Assembly (NCBI GenBank): GCA_963422365.1 | Contig: OY729426.1 | Span: 1,728,001-1,792,000 of the forward strand | Reading direction: 5' to 3' | Source of the DNA: Nitrospirales bacterium | Lineage (GTDB): Bacteria; Nitrospirota; Nitrospiria; Nitrospirales; UBA8639 | Length of the DNA: 64,000 bases | Shown: one piece after another, positions 21,053-31,019 of the stretch | Numbering within the stretch: position 1 is the stretch's first letter | Layout: each line of letters opens with the position of its first letter | The notes under the pieces: generated by a model | Told to the model about the DNA's origin: nothing | Seen by the model: the letters and a program-made list of their open reading frames with translations, nothing else | Database searches by the model: none | Made by a program: the position numbers and the translations under genes

Positions 21053-24000
21053 ATGGCGACAAAATTCTTCACCAATGACGGCGAGAATACGTTATTGGAA
21101 AAGTTCAGGGGGGTGTTTCGGCATAATCCGCATATCGCCGAATTTGATGCCCTGGTCGGTTATTTTTACTCCACAGGATATTTTCACCTGCGCCCGCATC
21201 TGCAAGACATAGGGCAAATGCGGGTGCTGGTGGGCATCGACGTGGACACAATTACCGCCCAGGCACAAGGGCGGGGATTAGCCTTGTTGTCCGGAGCGAC
21301 GCAAGAGCAGGCCAGCCGGGATTACACACGGCAGTTTCAGGAAGAAATAGATGGCGCCCGGTATGACCGGCAAACCGAGCGCAGCATTGAGCAGTTTGTG
21401 CAGGACATTGCCGATGGGAAAATTGCAATCAGGGCGCATCCCGCACGCAAGCTGCACGCCAAGATCTATATCTTCCGCCCGCAAGCGTTCAATGAACACA
21501 GCGGCGGCGAGGTGATTAGCGGCTCGTCCAACCTGACCGCGGCCGGGCTAGGCGCGGATGGCGACACTGCCAACTATGAATTCAATGTGTCGTTGCGCGA
21601 CTATGACGACATTCAATTCGCCACCAACGAGTTTGAAAAATTGTGGCATGAGTCGGTTGCGATCTTGCCCGAGGCCGTGATGGATGCCAGAAATAAGACC
21701 TACCTGCGCGGCGATTTCACGCCGTTTGAGCTCTATATCAAGCTGCTGGTTGAATACTTTGGCAGGGAAGTTGAGTTTGACCCGAACAGCATCACCGACG
21801 TACCCGACGGCTTCAAGCGCCTGAATTATCAGCTGGATGCGGTGGAGCAGGGGTACATCCTGCTGCAAAATCATCACGGCTTTTTTCTCTCCGATGTGGT
21901 GGGTCTCGGCAAAACGGTGGTGGCCACGCTGATTGCCAGAAAACACTTTTTCCTCAACAAATATCCCGAATACCGCTCGCATACGCTGATCGTCTGCCCG
22001 CCGGCGGTGTGCGCGAACTGGCGGGAAACCGTTGATCAATTTCAGCTTGACAATGTGGATCTGATGACCACCGGCAGCCTGCACACAATCACAGACCCGA
22101 AAAAATATGACCTGATCATCGTGGACGAGGCGCACAAGTTCCGAAACGACACCTCTACAAGTTATGCCGAATTGCAACGCATCTGCAAAACCCCGTGTCG
22201 CAATGACGGCAGAAAGCGGGTTATTCTGGTGTCTGCCACGCCGCTCAACAACCGCCCGGAGGATATACGCAATCAACTGCTGCTGTTTCAGGACGCCAGT
22301 GACAGTACGCTGGATATCAACATCGCCCGTTTTTTCAGCCGGGCGTCAAGGGAGTATAAGGACCTGATTAAACCCTCCGCGCCGGCTGACGCTGTCGAAC
22401 GGCTGGAATCGCTTTACGCCGGCATCCGGCGCAAAATAATTGAACCCCTGACCGTGCGGCGCACTCGTACCGACCTGTTGCGGCATCCGCTTTATGCCGA
22501 TGACCTGCAATGCCAGGGCATTGTATTTCCCAAAGTCGAGCCGCCGGCAAATCTGCTTTACCAGCTTGAGCCCGAGCTCAATGACACCTACCAGCACTCT
22601 TTTGACCTTATCCGGAACCAACACGGCAACGGCCTGCAATATATGCGCTACCGCCTGATCGAATATCTCAAGCCTGAGCATAAGCAGGACTATCAGCGCC
22701 CGGAATTTATTGCTGAACGCCTGGCGGCCATTATGAAAACCCTGCTGATCAAGCGGCTGGACAGCAGTTTTTATGCCTTTCACCAGTCGTTGAAGCGCTT
22801 TGTGCACGCTTCCCGGCAGATACTGGACATGATGGACAACAACCGCGTCTACCTTGCGCCCAAACAGCAAATTGACCAGTATCTGGAAGAAGACCGTGAG
22901 GAGGAATTACTGGAAAAACTGGTGCAGGAGCAACTCACCGACCCGAGCATCAAGGTACTCACCCGCGACGACTTTGAACCAGGGTTGTTTGCGCTGCTGC
23001 AGCAGGATCATGCGCTGTTGCAGCAGATGGAGGCCCAATGGCGGAAAGTTGTTGACCAAAAAGCCGACCCCAAACTTGAACTGCTGCTGGCCGAGTTGCC
23101 GAAGCGACTGTTGAACGCAGAGCATAACCCGGAGCGCAAACTGGTTATTTTCTCCGAATCCGCCGACACCACCGGCTATCTGTACGGGAAGCTCAGAGAC
23201 CAATACCGGGTTCTATCTATCGATTCGCACAACCGCGCCCTGCAGCAAGACATCATCCGGCAGAACTTCGACGCCAATCTGCCGCTTAAAGAGCAAAAGT
23301 CCGACTGCGATATCCTGATCGCCACCGAATCCCTGGCCGAAGGCGTCAACCTGCACCGCGCCAACACCATCGTCAACTACGACACCCCCTGGAACGCCAC
23401 CCGCCTGATGCAGCGTATCGGCCGCCTCAACCGTATCGGCAGCCCCGCCGGCGCCATTTATATCTATAACTTCTTGCCGACCGAGCAGGTGGAAGACGAC
23501 ATCGGGCTGAAGCGCCGTGCCCAGGTCAAGCTGCAAGCCTTCCACACCGCGCTCGGCGAGGATTCACAAATTTATTCCGTGGATGAAAAAGTGGAGACCT
23601 TTGGCCTGTTTGATAGAAACATCACCGAACCAGAAGAAGTCAGTGGACGGCTGGCGTACCTGATGGAAATCCGTGCGTTCAGGGAAAAGCATCCCGACGA
23701 ATTCAGACGCATCAAAAACCTGCCGCTGAAAATCCGCAATGCCGTCGCCGATCCTGAGCGCAGCGGCGCAACCCTGTGCTTTTTGCGCAACTCAAAACAC
23801 AACGCCTTTTATCAGGTAGACCACGACAATCAGGTAACCGACTTGGGCTTTCTGGAAGTTGCGCCGATTTTCAAAAGCCACCACAACGCTGCACTGATAA
23901 AGCCCCTGCCGGATGCGCATTACAATCAGGTGCAACGCGCCCTGGCGTATTTTATGGAACAGGTGCAAGATAAAATCATCAAAGAACAGCAGGCGCCGGA

Positions 24001-24325
24001 ACTCACCCCGCAGCAGCGCACGGCCATCAACTACCTCCAAGCCTTTATTAACCTCGACATTACCCATGCGAGAGAACAACAGCGTATTGCAGGGGCTATT
24101 GAATGGGTGAAACTGGGGCGTTATCAAAACCTGCCCAGAGAGATAGCCAAACTGCAAAGAAGCCAGAAAAATTCACCGGTGGTGCCCGCCAGACAACTGG
24201 AGGCACTGATAAAGATAATCGACAAGCATGCGCCGGAAACCACTGTGAACGACAGTGACGAACCGCCCGCCGAGCTGCAGGCCAACGAGCGGCCAAGGGT
24301 CGTTATTTCACAAAGCTATCTGTAG
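21053..24325 (+). CDS. PLD-nuclease-domain / SNF2-type helicase, RM-associated
   Basis: LHAKIYIF...SGSSNLT (PLD), SDVVGLGKT, VDEAH, SATPLNN, EGVNL, MQRIGRLNRIG. Confidence 0.92.
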   Translation: MATKFFTNDGENTLLEKFRGVFRHNPHIAEFDALVGYFYSTGYFHLRPHLQDIGQMRVLVGIDVDTITAQAQGRGLALLSGATQEQASRDYTRQFQEEIDGARYDRQTERSIEQFVQDIADGKIAIRAHPARKLHAKIYIFRPQAFNEHSGGEVISGSSNLTAAGLGADGDTANYEFNVSLRDYDDIQFATNEFEKLWHESVAILPEAVMDARNKTYLRGDFTPFELYIKLLVEYFGREVEFDPNSITDVPDGFKRLNYQLDAVEQGYILLQNHHGFFLSDVVGLGKTVVATLIARKHFFLNKYPEYRSHTLIVCPPAVCANWRETVDQFQLDNVDLMTTGSLHTITDPKKYDLIIVDEAHKFRNDTSTSYAELQRICKTPCRNDGRKRVILVSATPLNNRPEDIRNQLLLFQDASDSTLDINIARFFSRASREYKDLIKPSAPADAVERLESLYAGIRRKIIEPLTVRRTRTDLLRHPLYADDLQCQGIVFPKVEPPANLLYQLEPELNDTYQHSFDLIRNQHGNGLQYMRYRLIEYLKPEHKQDYQRPEFIAERLAAIMKTLLIKRLDSSFYAFHQSLKRFVHASRQILDMMDNNRVYLAPKQQIDQYLEEDREEELLEKLVQEQLTDPSIKVLTRDDFEPGLFALLQQDHALLQQMEAQWRKVVDQKADPKLELLLAELPKRLLNAEHNPERKLVIFSESADTTGYLYGKLRDQYRVLSIDSHNRALQQDIIRQNFDANLPLKEQKSDCDILIATESLAEGVNLHRANTIVNYDTPWNATRLMQRIGRLNRIGSPAGAIYIYNFLPTEQVEDDIGLKRRAQVKLQAFHTALGEDSQIYSVDEKVETFGLFDRNITEPEEVSGRLAYLMEIRAFREKHPDEFRRIKNLPLKIRNAVADPERSGATLCFLRNSKHNAFYQVDHDNQVTDLGFLEVAPIFKSHHNAALIKPLPDAHYNQVQRALAYFMEQVQDKIIKEQQAPELTPQQRTAINYLQAFINLDITHAREQQRIAGAIEWVKLGRYQNLPREIAKLQRSQKNSPVVPARQLEALIKIIDKHAPETTVNDSDEPPAELQANERPRVVISQSYL

Positions 24326-24359
24326 CATTGGAGCACTTCAGGTTGGGAAACAAAGAGTA

Positions 24360-25580
24360 ATGCCGGGTTTTGCTGACAAAGAGCTACGACAAATCATCGA
24401 ATCCGGCGAATCCGACCACGTCGAGTTCAAGGAGTCTTTATCCGGCGACGCCGCCACCAGAATCAGGGAAGCCATCTGCGCCTTTGCCAACGATTTGGCC
24501 GCTCACGACAAACCCGGTTTTGTGTTCGTAGGCGTGAAGGACGACAAAACATTTGGCAATCTGGCGGTTACAGATTCTTTGCTGCGACAGTTGGCCGACA
24601 TGAAAACCGACGGCAATGTCCTGCCGCCGCCCTCCCTGACCGTGCAAAAGCGCATCCTGCAAGATAAAGAAATCGCCGTCGTTATCGTGCAGCCCTCCAA
24701 CTCGCCACCGGTTCGCTGCAAGGGGGTTATCCATATCCGCACCGGCCCGCGTCGTGGTATTGCCACCGCACAGGATGAAAGGACGCTCAACGAAAAGCGC
24801 TGGTATGGCGACCGCCCCTTCGACCTCCAGCCAGTCTCTGTTGCCACCTTGAGGGATCTCAACCTCTTCCGGTTCGAGCATGAATACTTGCCGCAGGCCT
24901 TTGATCGCGCAATTCTGGAAGCCAACGAACGCAGTCTCGAAGAACGGTTGGCCGCGGCCAAGATGATTGCCTCTGCTGACGATCCCGTGCCTACAGTGTT
25001 GGGGATACTTGTATTGGTCAAACGGACACTGGATCACCTGCCGGGAGCGTATCTTCAATTCTTGAGACTTGCTGGTAACGAACTCACAGCCCCCATATCC
25101 GATGAAGAAGTAATCAGCGGAACCATTACGGATGTACTGCGCCGCCTTGACGAGAAGCTGAACGGGCACAATCGGACAGCGGTTGACTTCACATCGGGAC
25201 CAGTCGAGAGACGGGTCAGTACGTATCCGGTCCCAGCGATCCAGCAGATCGCTCGTAATGCGATCATGCACCGATCATACGAAGGAAGCCACGCTCCCAC
25301 ACGAGTGTACTGGTACGACGACCGTATAGAAATACTGAGTCCCTGGGGCGTATTCGGCTCGGTAACAGTAGAGAGTTTCGGCCGACCCGGCATTACCTCC
25401 TACCGCAATCCCAATCTTGCAGAGGCGATGAGAAACCTGGGGTTCGTGCAACGCTACGGCGTCGGCATTCCATTGGCGAATCGGCTGCTTCGACAAGCCG
25501 GGCATCCTGAAATGGAATTCAATGTCGATATGAACAACGTGCAAGTCACAATACTGGCTTGCAAGAAAGACCGGACATGA
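24360..25580 (+). CDS. AlbA_2 (Schlafen-type) DNA-binding domain + HATPase_c_4 / RecG-C-like domain protein
   Basis: ESDHVEFKES, ICAFAN, FVGVKDD, NAIMHRSY, YRNPNLAEAM, GFVQRYGVGI. Confidence 0.88.
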   Translation: MPGFADKELRQIIESGESDHVEFKESLSGDAATRIREAICAFANDLAAHDKPGFVFVGVKDDKTFGNLAVTDSLLRQLADMKTDGNVLPPPSLTVQKRILQDKEIAVVIVQPSNSPPVRCKGVIHIRTGPRRGIATAQDERTLNEKRWYGDRPFDLQPVSVATLRDLNLFRFEHEYLPQAFDRAILEANERSLEERLAAAKMIASADDPVPTVLGILVLVKRTLDHLPGAYLQFLRLAGNELTAPISDEEVISGTITDVLRRLDEKLNGHNRTAVDFTSGPVERRVSTYPVPAIQQIARNAIMHRSYEGSHAPTRVYWYDDRIEILSPWGVFGSVTVESFGRPGITSYRNPNLAEAMRNLGFVQRYGVGIPLANRLLRQAGHPEMEFNVDMNNVQVTILACKKDRT

Positions 25581-26620
25581 CCGTTCCCGTATTGACGTTT
25601 TTCAACAACAAGGGCGGCGTGGGCAAAACCTCGCTGGTCTATCACTTGGCCTGGATGCTGTCCGACATGGGGCATCGGGTGCTGGCCTGCGACCTGGACC
25701 CGCAGGCAAACCTGACCGCTGTCTTTCTGAATGAAACACAGCTTGAGGAGCTGTGGGAGACCGGCGACGGCGCGTCCGGGCGGACCATTCTGAACTGCGT
25801 CCGCCCACTGACGAAAGTGGGTGACATCAAAGCCCCGCTGCTGGCGGATATCACCCCCACGCTCCGCCTCATCCCTGGCGACCTGGCACTGGCCGGCTTT
25901 GAGGATACCCTGTCGGCGAAATGGCCGAATGCCCTGGGTTCCTCCGACAGTCTCTACCGTCCCTTACGTATTTTGACGGCATTCTCAACCGTCATGCAGA
26001 CCGGGGCAAAGCAAATGGAAGCGGATATTATCCTCGCCGACGTCGGCCCCAATCTCGGCGCGATCAACCGCTCAGCACTGATTTCGACCGACTCCATCAT
26101 CGTTCCTTTGGGCGCCGATTTGTTTTCTCTCCAGGGGCTGCGCAACCTGGGGCCCACCTTGAGCCAATGGCGACAGGACTGGCAACAGCGGAGAAACAAC
26201 TGGAAACAACCGGAATTTCCGCTGCCGAAAGGAGACATGAAACCTGTCGGCTACGTGGTGCAACAACACAGCGTGCGCCTGAGCCGCCCGGTTAAGGCAT
26301 ATGACAAATGGGTGAACCGGATGCCGGAAGAATACGCCCGGAATCTGCTGGACGATACAAAAGGCCCCTATCCGGCGACCCCGGCGCAAGACCATGAACA
26401 CGCCCTGGCCACCGTCAAGCACTATCGCAGCCTCGTGCCACTGGCACAGGAAGCGCGCAAGCCCATTTTTCACCTTACCCCGCCTGACGGCGCCATCGGC
26501 AGCCATGCCGCCGCGGTCACCGACGCCCGCCACGATTTCAGGGCACTGGCAGGGAAGATACTGGAAAGAATTGATTATCAGCGCCAGCCGAATCCCAAGC
26601 CACCGAGCCACCAAAAATGA
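25577..26620 (+). CDS. ParA family ATPase of the defence-island type
   Basis: FFNNKGGVGKT, DLDPQANLT, DVGPNLGAINR; ATGA-coupled to the upstream gene. Confidence 0.9.
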   Translation: MTVPVLTFFNNKGGVGKTSLVYHLAWMLSDMGHRVLACDLDPQANLTAVFLNETQLEELWETGDGASGRTILNCVRPLTKVGDIKAPLLADITPTLRLIPGDLALAGFEDTLSAKWPNALGSSDSLYRPLRILTAFSTVMQTGAKQMEADIILADVGPNLGAINRSALISTDSIIVPLGADLFSLQGLRNLGPTLSQWRQDWQQRRNNWKQPEFPLPKGDMKPVGYVVQQHSVRLSRPVKAYDKWVNRMPEEYARNLLDDTKGPYPATPAQDHEHALATVKHYRSLVPLAQEARKPIFHLTPPDGAIGSHAAAVTDARHDFRALAGKILERIDYQRQPNPKPPSHQK

Positions 26621-26635
26621 CTATTTCACAGCCCT

Positions 26636-29600
26636 ATGTCTGATTTGCAAACCTTATTAAGCAGTGGCTACGACCGCGAAAGCTGGCTAGCCCGATTGCA
26701 GCAGTTTTTCCCCGGCATTGAAATTTTCTCACAGCCGCAAGCTGTTGAAGACAACCGCGCAGCGTCCTTTGACTATCTCGGCAAGGTTCCCACTGCGGAC
26801 GGCCAGCAGTTGGGCATCTATGAAATAAAAGTCGGCGCTAACACCCAGCTCGCCCGCAACCGTGTGCAACTACGCCAGATGGTGGCCAAACAGGTTTCAG
26901 CGCATACCCTGGGTGGTGCACTGGCGGTTTACTACGACCATGGCCAACAGTGGCGGTTCAGCTTCATCAGCATGGAATACAAGCTGAACGAGCAGGGACA
27001 GATCGACAAGCAGGAAAGCACCTCCAAACGCTACACCTATCTGCTGGGCAAAGGTGCCAACGTCCGCACCGCGGTTGAGCGATTTGACCATCTACCGCAG
27101 CAACCATCGCTCGAAGACTTCAAAGCCGCCTTCGCCGTAGAGCCGTTGAACAAGGAATTCTATGAAAAACTGTTCAACTGGTATGAATACGCCAAATCCG
27201 AAGTCGTTTTCCCCAACGACGAACGCGAACCACAAGACAACCATACCGCTACCAGCCTGATCCGCCTGCTCACCCGTCTGCTGTTCGTCTGGTTTATCAA
27301 AGAGAAGAAGCTGGTCAACCCCGACCTGTTTGACCAGGAGCAATTGCAATCCATCATTGACTGGAAGAAAGACAGCAGCTACTACAAAGCCATTTTGCAG
27401 AATCTGTTCTTCGCCACGCTGAACCGCGAGATCAAAGACCGCAGCTTTCGCACGACTACCGACGGCAAGGCCAACAGCAGCAATTATCTCGTGACCAATA
27501 TCTACCGCTATCGGGACCATTTTCAGGAGAGCAATAAAGACAATATCATCGCCCGCTTTGCGCAGACCCCTTTCCTGAACGGCGGACTATTTGAGTGCCT
27601 GGACCGGCAAGCCAATGAGGATGAACAACAGAAATATGAAAAAGACAAAACCATCCGCAATGAAAGATATGCCATGCGCATGGACGGCTTTTCCGACCGG
27701 GCGGACAATCCCCTCAGCCTGCCCAATGCATTGTTTTTCAGCGATGACGAACGCAAACCCGGCCTGATCGACCTGCTGCATCAATACCAGTTCACGGTGG
27801 AGGAGTCCACCCCGCTGGATATTGAAGTGGCGCTGGACCCGGAGCTGCTGGGCAAGGTGTTTGAAAACCTGCTGGCGGCCTATAACCCTGAAACCGAGCA
27901 AACCGCCCGTAACGCCACTGGCAGCTACTACACCCCGCGTGAGATTGTCGGTTATATGGTGGATGAAAGTCTGAAAGCGTATCTGGCCGGCGCGGTGCCG
28001 CCGCAGGATGGCGATGCTGAATTCTGGCGCGAACGCTTGGACGATCTGTTTAACATGGCCTCTCAGACCGGGGAACTGGCAGAGAAAAATGGGAAAGCCC
28101 TGCTGTATGACGAAGAAATCCCCGAACTCATTCAAGCCATCGACCAGGTCAAAATCCTCGACCCGGCAGTGGGTTCCGGCGCCTTCCCCATGGGTGCTTT
28201 GCAGCGGCTGGTCGGGCTGCTGGCGATTCTCGACCCGAACAACCGGCAATGGAAAGAGCAGCAACTGCTCAATCTGCCGGATATGCAATCCATCCAGGCC
28301 GACCTGCAAACATCAGAAAACATCAACGACTGGCAAGCCAGACAAAAGGCGCAAGAGGAATTGCAACAGCGAAAGCAGGAAATCACCCGGGCATTTGAAA
28401 CAGAAGCCGACTACGCCCGCAAACTTTATCTGATAGAAAACGCCATCTGCGGCGTGGATATCCAGCCCATCGCCTGCCAGATTGCCAAACTGCGCTTTTT
28501 CATCTCCCTGGCCATAGAGCAGCAACCGACCGCCGACAAGAAGGACAATTACGGCATCAAGGCCCTGCCTAATCTGGAGACCAGATTTATTGCTGCCAAC
28601 AGCCTCATCGGCCTGGACAAGCCCAGGCAGACGGTAATACGCAATCCGGCCATTCAGGAAAAAGAACGGGAACTGAACCGGGTGCGCCGCCGCCACTTCA
28701 ACGCCAAAACCCTAAAAACCAAAAGGCAATATCGGGAACAGGATAAAACACTCCGTGAAGAGATTGCCGCGTTATTGATAAGTGATGGCTGGGGCGACAG
28801 CAATGCCGAGAAAGTCGCCCACTGGGATCCCTACAACCAGAACGCTGTCGCCGACTGGTTCGACCCGGAATGGATGTTCGGCATCAGCGACGGCTTTGAC
28901 GTGGTGCTGGGCAATCCGCCGTATATCCAATTGCAGAAGAACGGCGGCATGCTGGCAAATCTCTACGAAAACAGGGGCTTTGAAACCTTTGTGCGCTCTG
29001 GCGACATCTACCAGTTGTTTTATGAACGCGCCGGTCAACTGCTGGGTAACCAGAGCCACCTGTGCTTCATTACCTCTAACAAATGGATGCGCGCCAAATA
29101 TGGCGAGAAACTCCGCGCCTTCTTTACCACCCTAACCCCCAAAGTTTTGCTGGATTTTGGTGGGTTCAAAGTCTTCGAGAATGCCACGGTGGATACCAAT
29201 ATCCTGCTCATTACAAAGGAAAACGTGCAAGGCGAGTTGTGGGCAACGGCGTTCAAAGACGATTTCAAACAAGGCGACAGCATCGGCGATTACGCGCAGA
29301 ACAACGCCGTTTCTATTAACGTAACGCCCGATACCTGGTTTATCGGCAGCCGTGCGGAAGTCGCATTAAAAGAAAAGATTGAGCGCATCGGCACACCGCT
29401 AAAAGAATGGGATATAGCCATTTATCGAGGAATACTGACGGGACTTAACGCCGCCTTTATCGTCGATAAAAAGACCAAAGACGCACTGATTGCCGAGGAT
29501 CCCAGATCGGCGGAGCTACTAAAACCGATCCTGCGCGGAAGGGATATCAAGCGGTATCGGGCGGAATGGGCGGGGCTGTGGGTGATCGCGACTTTGCCGT

Positions 29601-30187
29601 CTTTACACGTTGACATTGAGAACTATCCGGCAATAAAACGATATTTGCTTTCTTACGGCAAAGAAAAGCTAGAACAGACAGGAGAAACGCTTGTTGATGG
29701 AAGCAAGTCGCGAAAGAAAACCCCTCATCAGTGGTTTGAATTACAGGATACATGCGCTTACCACGCGGAATTTGAACGCGATAAGCTCGTTTGGGGAAAC
29801 TTGTCTGTTCAGCCAAGGTTTGCTGTAGATACGGATGCCAGCTCTATTTCTGCACCAACCAATCTTCTTACGGGAACGGATCAAATAAAATATATTGCTG
29901 CGATTCTCAATAGTTCATTTTGCTATTGGAGCATGAGGCGATTGGCTTACAGCAGAGAACACGGATATATGGAATACAAGAAAATTTTTGTGGAACAGAT
30001 ACACATTCCGAAAATCTCCAAAGTGAGACAACAACCGTTTACAGATTTAGTAGATAAAATCCTTGCTGCCAAAAAGGCTAATCCTGATGCAGATACAAGC
30101 GAACGGGAAAAGGAAATCGACCGCCTCGTCTATGCGTTGTACGATCTCACCGAGAAAGAAATTCAGGTAATTGAAGGCATTGCCTGA
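26636..30187 (+). CDS. Type IIG (Eco57I-like) restriction-modification enzyme: N6-adenine MTase with C-terminal TaqI-like TRD
   Basis: PFLNGGLF, GSYYTPREIV, ILDPAVGSGAF (motif I), GNPPY (motif IV), FITSNKW, LRGRDIKRY, EIDRLVYALYDLT tail; possible N-terminal E-x-K nuclease motif (YEIKV). Confidence 0.93.
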   Translation: MSDLQTLLSSGYDRESWLARLQQFFPGIEIFSQPQAVEDNRAASFDYLGKVPTADGQQLGIYEIKVGANTQLARNRVQLRQMVAKQVSAHTLGGALAVYYDHGQQWRFSFISMEYKLNEQGQIDKQESTSKRYTYLLGKGANVRTAVERFDHLPQQPSLEDFKAAFAVEPLNKEFYEKLFNWYEYAKSEVVFPNDEREPQDNHTATSLIRLLTRLLFVWFIKEKKLVNPDLFDQEQLQSIIDWKKDSSYYKAILQNLFFATLNREIKDRSFRTTTDGKANSSNYLVTNIYRYRDHFQESNKDNIIARFAQTPFLNGGLFECLDRQANEDEQQKYEKDKTIRNERYAMRMDGFSDRADNPLSLPNALFFSDDERKPGLIDLLHQYQFTVEESTPLDIEVALDPELLGKVFENLLAAYNPETEQTARNATGSYYTPREIVGYMVDESLKAYLAGAVPPQDGDAEFWRERLDDLFNMASQTGELAEKNGKALLYDEEIPELIQAIDQVKILDPAVGSGAFPMGALQRLVGLLAILDPNNRQWKEQQLLNLPDMQSIQADLQTSENINDWQARQKAQEELQQRKQEITRAFETEADYARKLYLIENAICGVDIQPIACQIAKLRFFISLAIEQQPTADKKDNYGIKALPNLETRFIAANSLIGLDKPRQTVIRNPAIQEKERELNRVRRRHFNAKTLKTKRQYREQDKTLREEIAALLISDGWGDSNAEKVAHWDPYNQNAVADWFDPEWMFGISDGFDVVLGNPPYIQLQKNGGMLANLYENRGFETFVRSGDIYQLFYERAGQLLGNQSHLCFITSNKWMRAKYGEKLRAFFTTLTPKVLLDFGGFKVFENATVDTNILLITKENVQGELWATAFKDDFKQGDSIGDYAQNNAVSINVTPDTWFIGSRAEVALKEKIERIGTPLKEWDIAIYRGILTGLNAAFIVDKKTKDALIAEDPRSAELLKPILRGRDIKRYRAEWAGLWVIATLPSLHVDIENYPAIKRYLLSYGKEKLEQTGETLVDGSKSRKKTPHQWFELQDTCAYHAEFERDKLVWGNLSVQPRFAVDTDASSISAPTNLLTGTDQIKYIAAILNSSFCYWSMRRLAYSREHGYMEYKKIFVEQIHIPKISKVRQQPFTDLVDKILAAKKANPDADTSEREKEIDRLVYALYDLTEKEIQVIEGIA
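29412..29792. repeat. 381-bp inverted repeat, left arm (within the IIG gene)
   Basis: Reverse complement of 30573-30953; both arms translate IAIYRGILTG...FERDKLV identically. Confidence 0.96.
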
Positions 30188-30188
30188 G

Positions 30189-30953
30189 TTAATTCATCGC
30201 TTCCACAAGTTCAATTTCCTTCTCCGTCAGGCCGTATAATTGATATACCAGTCGGTCAATCTCGGCTTCTATCGCGGTGGTGTCCTTCCTTTTTTCCTTG
30301 CCAGCAATCACTCTATCCACCAAGTCGATGAAGGGTTGTTGCGTTATTTCCAAGATTCGCGGTGCTGGAAAATTCTCAAAAAACACTTTGCTCAATTCTC
30401 TTGTCCCGCCAAGCAATTCTGGGCAATTTTCCCGTAACCATTTTGCTCCAACTCTTGAATTCAGTATCGCGGTAAGAAATTTCAGATGTTTCCCAGTAAC
30501 TATGAAGCATTTTTGGTTTGTGAAAATTTTATGTATCAAATACAAAAGGTAAAAACTTCGTCATATTGGGATAAACGAGCTTATCGCGTTCAAATTCCGC
30601 GTGGTAAGCGCATGTATCCTGTAATTCAAACCACTGATGAGGGGTTTTCTTTCGCGACTTGCTTCCATCAACAAGCGTTTCTCCTGTCTGTTCTAGCTTT
30701 TCTTTGCCGTAAGAAAGCAAATATCGTTTTATTGCCGGATAGTTCTCAATGTCAACGTGTAAAGACGGCAAAGTCGCGATCACCCACAGCCCCGCCCATT
30801 CCGCCCGATACCGCTTGATATCCCTTCCGCGCAGGATCGGTTTTAGTAGCTCCGCCGATCTGGGATCCTCGGCAATCAGTGCGTCTTTGGTCTTTTTATC
30901 GACGATAAAGGCGGCGTTAAGTCCCGTCAGTATTCCTCGATAAATGGCTATAT
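30189..30953 (-). pseudogene. Silent alternative C-terminal TRD cassette of the IIG enzyme (one frameshift near 30530)
   Basis: KLVYPNMTKFLPFVFDT* then FTNQKCFIVTGKHLKFLTAILNS...EIDRLVYQLYGLT. Confidence 0.9.
30573..30953. repeat. 381-bp inverted repeat, right arm
   Basis: Boundaries read directly: atatagcc/ggctatat and gctcgttt/aaacgagc. Confidence 0.96.
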
Positions 30954-30979
30954 GCGTTACTAATCTCAACACTTATATT

Positions 30980-31015
30980 TGCTCTCCTTTCAATAAACCA
31001 CACATCAGGAGAGCA
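30980..31015 (+). promoter_or_regulatory. Hairpin occluding the recombinase ribosome-binding site
   Basis: TGCTCTCCT (30980-30988) pairs with AGGAGAGCA (31007-31015); AGGAG lies 8 nt before the ATG. Confidence 0.55.
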
Positions 31016-31019
31016 TAGG

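Noticed and set aside
25577..26620. Plasmid or chromosome partition system
   Set aside because: No parB, parS or rep gene nearby; the gene is embedded in an RM operon
29412..30953. Diversity-generating retroelement template/variable repeat pair
   Set aside because: The copies are inverted and translate identically, with no adenine-specific differences seen and no reverse transcriptase
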